Made by a program: the position numbers and the translations under genes
Notes under the pieces: generated by a model
What the model was told of the DNA's origin: nothing
Database searches by the model: none
What the model saw: the letters and a program-made list of their open reading frames with translations, nothing else
Shown: one piece after another, positions 57,201 to 64,000 of the stretch
Layout of the letters: the number at the start of each line of letters is the position of its first letter
How positions within the stretch are numbered: position 1 is the stretch's first letter
NCBI GenBank assembly: GCA_025558095.1
Contig: JAIVFI010000015.1
Span: 248,001-312,000, forward strand
Direction of reading: 5' to 3'
DNA: 64,000 nucleotides
DNA from: Hyaloraphidium curvatum SAG 235-1
Lineage: Eukaryota > Fungi > Monoblepharomycota

Positions 57201-57660
57201 AGATGGATGGAAGCTACACAATGCTCAGCCTGGCCGGCCGGAGACCTATGTACACCTAGTTCTTCCTTGAAGGTCCGTCATCGGCCAGTTCGTCAAACAT
57301 GTTCAAACCGGTGACAATCAGCAGCGTCCTCTATTGTGGCTGCTGGATGACGTCAAAAATGGAAGATTTGGAGCATTCTGGCCCGCCGGTGCCACGGATG
57401 GATGTGCAACAGCCCCTGCCCTCACTCCCCGGGGTCTTCCTCTGTTTGCAGCTGGCTTTTAACCACGGATCAGCATTTCCAGCAAGGAGTATACAGCGTC
57501 AACGCATTTCTATGTCCCGTTTCTAATCATTCTGTTCTTTCGTGCGTGGTCTGTGAACGCAGATGGCCCACCTGGCCCACAGCCGCTCTTCGGCCGCGCT
57601 CTTTGAGTCAACCCTCTTGCCCCCGTCTCGTTCCCCCGGCCACCTGAACGCTCCGCCAGC

Positions 57661-58750
57661 ATGTCCGACGACGAAGCGCCCGTCGAGAAGTCGGAGACGA
57701 CCTACACCGTCGAGGCGCGTCCGCGGCGCGACCCCGCCCCCCGACGCGTCGCTAATCTTCGCACCGTAACAGTACGCCAAGAGCGGCCGCGCCGGCTGCA
57801 AGGGCCCCAAATCCTGCCCCAACAAGACGATCGAGGTGGGCTTCCGCGCTGCGCGGCCACGTTCGCGCCTGACCTAGCCGGGCGTGCTCGTGCCACCAAC
57901 CGCCGCTCCCGAGAACAGAAGGGCGTTCTCCGCTGGGGGAGCGTGACCGAGCGCGACGGACACCCGCAAACCTACTGGCGTCATTGGAGCTGCGTGACCA
58001 AGGCGGTTGGTGCGCCGCCCGACGCGTCGCCGGGCCGCCGCTGATGTCTCCCGGCGGGGCCAGATCCTCGACAAGGTGTCCTCGACCGATAAGCTGGCCG
58101 GATTCGACGACCTGAACGACGAGGACAAGGAGAAGATCAAGAAGGCCATCGAAACGAAGGAGAACCCCGACTTTGAGGACACGCACAGCAAAGCCAAGGC
58201 TGGCGGCGCCGCCGGTAGCGAGGATGAAGGCAAATCGTTCCCATCCAAGAAGCTCCAGCAACAGGCCGAAAAAGAGGCCAAAAAGAAGGAGAAGGAGGAG
58301 GCCAAGGCTCTCAAGGAAGCCGAAAAGGTGTGCGAGCTGTTATTGCGCGATCTGACGCCTCCTGACCACCGTTGTCCCGCTTTTGCACGCTGCTGCTTTT
58401 TCAGGAGGCGAAAAAGAAGGAGAAGGAGGACGCCAAAGCAGCCAAGGCCGCAGAAAAGGAGGCCAAGGCGGCCGAAAAGGTGGGATCGTCAGAGAGCGGG
58501 TTTTGTCCATGTTTCTGACCCCTGACATCCATTGACATCCCGGGCGCTCCAGGAGGCCAAAAAGAAGGAAAAGGAGGACGCAAAGGCCGCCAAAGCTGCG
58601 GAGAAGGAGGCCAAGGGCGGAAAGCGCAAGAAGGCCGACGGCGACGCTCCCGACTCGCCCAACAAGAGGGCGCGCGCTCCGAGGGCGGCTGCCGCCAAGA
58701 AGACGGTTGTCGAAGACGACGACGAGGAGGAGGACGAGCTGGACGAGTGA
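57661..58750 (+). CDS. PARP-type zinc finger protein with Lys/Glu/Ala-rich tail, multi-exon
   Basis: TYTVE/YAKSGRAGCKG...C...IE/KGVLRWG...WRHWSCVT...GFDDL..EDKEKIKKA. Confidence 0.9.
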
Positions 58751-58887
58751 AGGAGCGTCGGCCGCAGGCGGCACGGCCCTCTGCCATGGCTGCTGATCTC
58801 TGTCATCTTACAAGCTTACATTTGGGGTTCAATAGGCGCTCTACTCCCCTGCCTCCTCCGGTCCCTGTCCCTTAACTCAGTCCGGCT

Positions 58888-60388
58888 TTACGCCAACTTC
58901 TTCTCTTTCTTCGGAACCAGCTGCAGCGTGCCGGTGCCGACCATGATCGCCGCCGCGATCGCCCCCAGTATGGAAAGCGTGATCGTCACGCTTTTCAGCG
59001 TGATCCCCGACCAAAGGATGACCCTCCAGAGCGCCGTGTACGAAAACACCACACAACATACGATGGACACCACGTCCACGAGCGTGGGTATCGCCGGTAC
59101 TTCCATCTTGTAAGGCTCCGCCGCGGCCTTTGCCGCCCCGGCCACCTCGGCAAGGTCCTTCACCACGGGTATCGCGTCCGGAAATTTCCCCTTCTGCGCA
59201 TAGTGCTCCATCATCAGGTCCTTCTCCATGAATCTGTCCCTCAGCCAGAGCGTGAACGCCTCATGGCGCATCTTCTCGGCCGGATCCGAGTCAAAGTCCC
59301 CGGGCGACCCGCCGGCGGGCGCCGCGCCCGCGGGCGGCTGCCACGCGTCCGAAATCCCGGGCACGTCCGCGACGTCGAACTTGCGCAGGTGCACGTCGAC
59401 CGTTTTCGGGCCCTCGCCCTCGAAAAAGACCTTGTCGATCGGATAGTCCTCCATCACCTGCCCGGTGCGGCCGCGAGGATAGGCCATAGTGAGGTCATAA
59501 AGGGCGCCGACCTTGAGCTGACGGAGGATGTAGAAGAGACCGGTCGATTTGGGGAGGATCACGTGCCGGTAGGGGTAAGAGAGGTCGATCTTCTTCGCGT
59601 AGGCCTTGGAGGCGGTGACTCCGGGCGGGTCGTTCACGGTTCCTGGGTCGATACCGTTAGCTGACGTGTCCAAAGTACGCCGGCAACGCTTGCCTTCGGG
59701 GAAAATGAGGAGCCAGCAAGGGATCCCGGTGTCCTCCTTGATCGTTCTCGTCGCCTTCTCGAGCACCAGCTTATCAAACGCCCACTTTCGCTTGAGCTGC
59801 GATGACAACGAACATCAGCAAACCAAAACAGCGGCTCGCCTCGACAGTCAACTCACGAAGATGAATTCAAAGAACCACCTGGAACACCACGAGAGGGAAT
59901 CGTCAATCGCCGAAGTCGAAAAAGTCCGACGGAACCCACATTCCCCATCCAAAGACCGGCAGGAATTTTAGGCTCTCCTTCAGGATGATCTTGAAGTCTC
60001 CGTGCTTCCCCTCTTGATGTGCCACGATCCAGAGATACCTTGCGCAAGCATCAGCTCCCCGTCACCACGCGGAGGGCGCGTCACAGGCTCACCACCAGTC
60101 CACGAGAGCCTGATGATTGGAAATCAGCACGTTCTTCGCGTCCCGCCGCGTCATCGCGTCCCAGGTCCCCCGCGAGTCGACCGAGAGACGTATCGTTGCG
60201 GGCGCGAACAGGCTCGTCAGGAGCACCATGAGCGCGCCAAAAATGGCCTCGGTGACGGACATCCATTCTCGGTAGTAGTGCCGCGAGAACGGCTGGAGGA
60301 GGAACAGCGCGGGGAACTGTATCACGTTGATGGCGATTGAGACGCCCGTCAAGAGGGACAGGAACGCGGCCATCCGGAGGAACCCCAT
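58888..60388 (-). CDS. Lysophospholipid acyltransferase (LCLAT1/Cst26-like), multi-exon
   Basis: ISNHQALVDW, KIILKESL, WLLIFPEG/GT, HVILPKSTGL, YDLTMAY. Confidence 0.92.
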
Positions 60389-60516
60389 CGCGCCGAGGCC
60401 GGATAGGGCGCAAGGTGGAAGGGGACGCTATGCGCGGAGGAGGCCGGCAGGGTCAAGTGATTTGGGAGACGAGCTCAACGTTTCCCGCAGGATCGGCACG
60501 TGACGATCGGGAAACT

Positions 60517-61976
60517 TCATTTCAAAGCAAACTTCGCGATAAGCTGCCGCAGATTCTCCGTGGTTGCGACAGTAGCATGCTCCACGTAGTCAGCCGCGTT
60601 GGTCTCCACAGACTCTGGAACGTAGAGGTAGTTGCACATCATCGTGTAGGAATTAATGACACCTTTCTCGGGAGTCGTGTCGGCGAGGAAGTTGATCTGG
60701 TGCAGGGCGGCGCCGTTGCGGAGATGGAAGTTGGCTGGATGGGCGGATCGAGCGTCAGCGCTTTCGGCTGAAAGTTTCGCGCCCGCCAGCTTCCACTGAC
60801 CGACGGGATCCAGTGCATGACGCCCCTTCTTCTCGCGCTTCAGATACTGCGCAGCGGCCCGCATCAACAATGGCCTCAGATCCTCCCTGGCTTCCCTGTC
60901 GTGCCAGCCCGGCTTGTGGAGGAGTTCCAGCAGGCCAGGGGTGGCCCCGAAAGAACCCGGTTTGGATGCCACCGCCCCTTCGAACCACTTGCGGAATCCC
61001 GGCATGGGGCTCAACGTGCAAAAGACGCCCAAGTTGGGCATCGTTCGCAAAAGTTCCCCCAGAACCATCTTTAGCAGGACCTGTCCAAGGTCCACACCAG
61101 TGAGCCCTTTCTGGGGCGATGTAATCGAGTAGAAGATGGCAGTTGATGCACCATCGGCGGAAGGTGCAGGATCCTCGAGCACACGCTGGATGCTGGTGGC
61201 AACCTCCTTCAGGAACGCCACCTCCACAAAAGCGAGCGGCTCGCCGGGCATGGCCCGCGAAAAGAGCGCAAAGACGGTCCGGCCGTTGCCCGCGGCTCCC
61301 ACGCGACGCCCCAGGTCCGCATCGTCCAGCATGGGATGCACTGCCTCATAACGCCGCAGCTTGTCCAACACCTCGGGCGGCGAGGTGGGTGTGACCCGCC
61401 CGAACTCGAGCAGCGGCAAAGCAAAGCACGCCCGGAAGTAGGTGCGCAGCGATTCCGAGATCGAGTTGAACTCGGCTGTCCGTGGATGGCTCCGCTTAAA
61501 GGACAGCAGCTGTGCTCTCATGTCGACCAGCAACTGAAGGCCGTCTGGAAGCGTGATTAACTGCGCGAAGATCCGGTCGTATCGCGGCTCCAGCTTCGCA
61601 TTCCCGGTCAGCCCGCGACAAACGGCAGCCTTCGGACATCTCCTACCTCGGCACGCAGCAGCGCATGGTTCCTGAAGCCCTTGTCCCAGTCCTTTAGGTG
61701 CTTGGTGACGCTCGCAACATCGGGCGCCTCATCGAACTCGGCCAAAGCATGGAAGAAATCGGACCGACCGGCGTCATCCAGCGAGTTGTAGAGCTCCCGC
61801 ACGGCCTTTGCCGCAGATCCTCCCATGACCTTTGCGTCAATGGCCGCCGTCAGCCTTTCCCGCGCCAGGCGAAGCGTCGGTGGCGGCGCTGCCCGGGTCG
61901 TGGCAATTTTCCGGGCCGCCAATCGCAGCATTCCGCGATGTAGTCGGCCAGAGCCGAAGGAGATAGCGGCCGCCAT
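60517..61976 (-). CDS. MLYCD: Malonyl-CoA decarboxylase, multi-exon
   Basis: YEAVHP, EPLAFVEVA, AIFYSITSPQKGLTGVDLG, TLSPMPGFRKW, DPV/ANFHLRNGA, MMCNYLY. Confidence 0.93.
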
Positions 61977-62068
61977 GTCCACCCGCGCCAGACGCGAGTG
62001 ATGTTTGGAATAGCGCCTCGGACTCCTCTCGCAGCTCCATTCCCTTGTACGCGGGCGACACCGCTGCG

Positions 62069-64000
62069 ATGCAATCCTCGTGGTCGCTCGTCGAGCTATT
62101 CGGGCGGCATGTCCGATTCCGCGGCTGCGTCGGCGTCGCGGCGCGGACTCCGCGGGACGCGCCCCGCCGCGCCCGGTCGTCGCTGACGCGTGCGGCGCGC
62201 GACGGCCCGTACTGGCAGTTCGATCAGGACTTGCTGGAGCCGATGACGATCGACCAAGTGAGCATTGGAAGCGGCTCGGGTCGGTGACGCGTCCTGATCG
62301 TCCGGAAGGCGGCCGCGGCGTACGGCAAGGGCTCCCTTTCTCCGACGACCGTGGTTCGCGCCACGCTGAACAGGATCCGCACCTACAACCCCTTGGTGCA
62401 CGCCATGACAAAGGTGCTGCCCGAGTTCGACGCCGCGATCCTGGCACGCGACTCGGAGGTGCGCTGGAAGGCCGGCAAGCCGATCCGCACCAAGGACGTC
62501 TCTCTGCCCTCGCTGGACGGGATCCCCATCGCCGTCAAGGACAACTTCAGCACCATGCAATTGGCTACTACGTGTGCGTCCGGAATGCTGAGGGATTACC
62601 GGGGTGCGATGGACGCGGCGGCGGTGGAGCTGCTCGAGGACGCTGGGGCGGTCATCATCGGAAAGACGAACATGGACGAGTTTGCAATGGGGTGGGCGGC
62701 GACTTAATCGGTGTTGCAGTCTCTGTTTTGACGCGTCAATGTCCCGACAGATCCATGGGCGTCCACTCCTTCTTCGGCCCGTGCATCAACCCCTTCAACG
62801 CTCACCCGCCTTCATCGTTGACGGAAGCCGGCTCGACGTCGGCGAAACGCGTTGCCGGTGGAAGCTCGTCGGGCAGTGCAGCTGCCGTCGCCGTCGGAAT
62901 GGCGTTTGCGTGGGTGTCCCACCTCATCAGCGACGTGTTTTGGAAGCTTACAGTGCCCCGCTTCAGCGCGCTGGGCTCCGACACTGGCGGCTCGGTCCGG
63001 CTTCCAGCCGCGTTTTGCGGGGTCTTTGGCTTCAAGCCGTCGTACGGCCGCATCTCGCGCTGGGGTCTCATAGCGTATGCCAACACGCTGGACACGGTTG
63101 GCATCCTCGCCAAGAGCGTCAGGGATTGCCGCACAGTCTACGGTAGGGACGAGCTTGCTTGCGTTGGTTGCGGAGTCTCACATGTGTTCGGGTTCGTGTG
63201 TTCGGGTTTGCAGACGTTCTTAACCGCTACGACCCCCGCGACCCCACGTCTTCTTACGTCCTGCACCACCTCCACGAGCCGCGGCGGCTCGCCTCTCCTT
63301 CCGATCCTTCGAAGCCGCTTGCGGGCGTCCGCATCGGCATCCCGCTCGAGTACCGCCCGCAGGAGCTGTCTCCCACCATGCTCCGACGGTGGTCGCGGGC
63401 GGCCTACGTGCTCGAGGACCTCGGCGCCGAGTGCGTCTCGGTCTCGCTGCCCCACACGAAACTGGCCCTACCCGCCTACTACGTGCTGGCACCGGCGGAG
63501 GCGAGCAGCAACCTCGCTCGGTTCGACGGGGTCCGGTACGGATACCGAAGCGAGCGGGGCGAAGGCTCGGTGTCTGGGGACGACCTGCCGCTGCAGAACA
63601 ACCTGCGACCCGCCGGCGCCATGTACGCCGACACCAGGACCGAAGGATTCGGCGAGGAGGTGAAGAGGCGGATCATGCTTGGCACATTCGTGCTGCGCGA
63701 AGAGTGGGTTTCCTTCGTTAGGCATGGTGCCCAGGCTGACTGTTGATGCCTGCCAGCGCGTACAACTCGTACTTTCTCCACGCCCAAAAGTACCGGCGCC
63801 TGGTGAAGAAGGACTTTGACGACGTCTTCCGTATGCCGAACCCTCTGGACGAGTCGCCGCAAACCCCTGCCGATTCGCCCAAGATCGACATCCTACTGAC
63901 GCCTGCGGCGGTTGGCACCGCCCCGATTCTCGAAGACGTGCGCTCCAGGCGCAATCCCGTCGAGGAGTACGTCAACGACGTCATGACGATACCCGCGAGC
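62069..64000 (+). CDS. HER2: Mitochondrial Glu-tRNA(Gln) amidotransferase subunit A (amidase signature), 3' partial
   Basis: [87 protein letters not shown]. Confidence 0.93.

Noticed and set aside
55844-57259. 471-aa plus-strand ORF and similar Arg/Pro/Ala-rich overlapping ORFs throughout
   Set aside because: They have GC-driven shadow-ORF composition and lie opposite or overlap better-supported genes.
1-64000. Bacterial origin of the contig (high GC, dense ORFs, bacterial-like enzymes)
   Set aside because: Spliceosomal introns are pervasive and eukaryote-specific genes are present (RPB11, SEC2, SEC9, SAP18, MSH4).
1-64000. tRNA/rRNA genes
   Set aside because: No cloverleaf or T-loop context and no rRNA-like sequence was recognised by eye; tRNAscan-SE/Infernal would be needed to exclude them formally.

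Overview
This is GC-rich, gene-dense eukaryotic DNA with many short (~45-70 nt) GT-AG introns. It is most likely an early-diverging (zoosporic/Monoblepharidomycete-like) fungus; that assignment is inferred from gene content and intron style. Most of the window is conserved housekeeping genes: TRAX, Clr2-like, Sec9, a CAMK kinase, Gbp2-like, RPB11, MSH4, Sec2, STI1, Ngl/Angel, DDHD lipase, CaiB/BaiF, SAP18, Rmd1-like, a PQ-loop protein, DHRS12-like, zf-PARP, a lyso-PL acyltransferase, MCD and GatA. Six things stand out. (1) A decayed Fanzor/TnpB-type RNA-guided nuclease gene lies between STI1 and Ngl; all three RuvC motifs are traceable and a candidate structured omegaRNA scaffold follows its stop. 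(2) A giant secreted protein is built from bacterial-type SdrD-B/Cna-B domains, expanded as a near-perfect 420-bp exon+intron tandem array, and is bracketed by Sec9 and a decayed Sec9 copy. (3) A CDCA7-type zf-4CXXC_R1 domain is fused to a chromodomain. (4) A divergent pair of paralogous surface proteins carries a ZP-N-like Cys/Tyr pattern. (5) Several bacterial-type enzymes carry introns (FlK thioesterase, EctD-like dioxygenase, YccU-like). (6) There is a possible RLE non-LTR retroelement relic. No tRNA, rRNA or CRISPR array was seen. Gene boundaries were assembled by eye across introns and are approximate.
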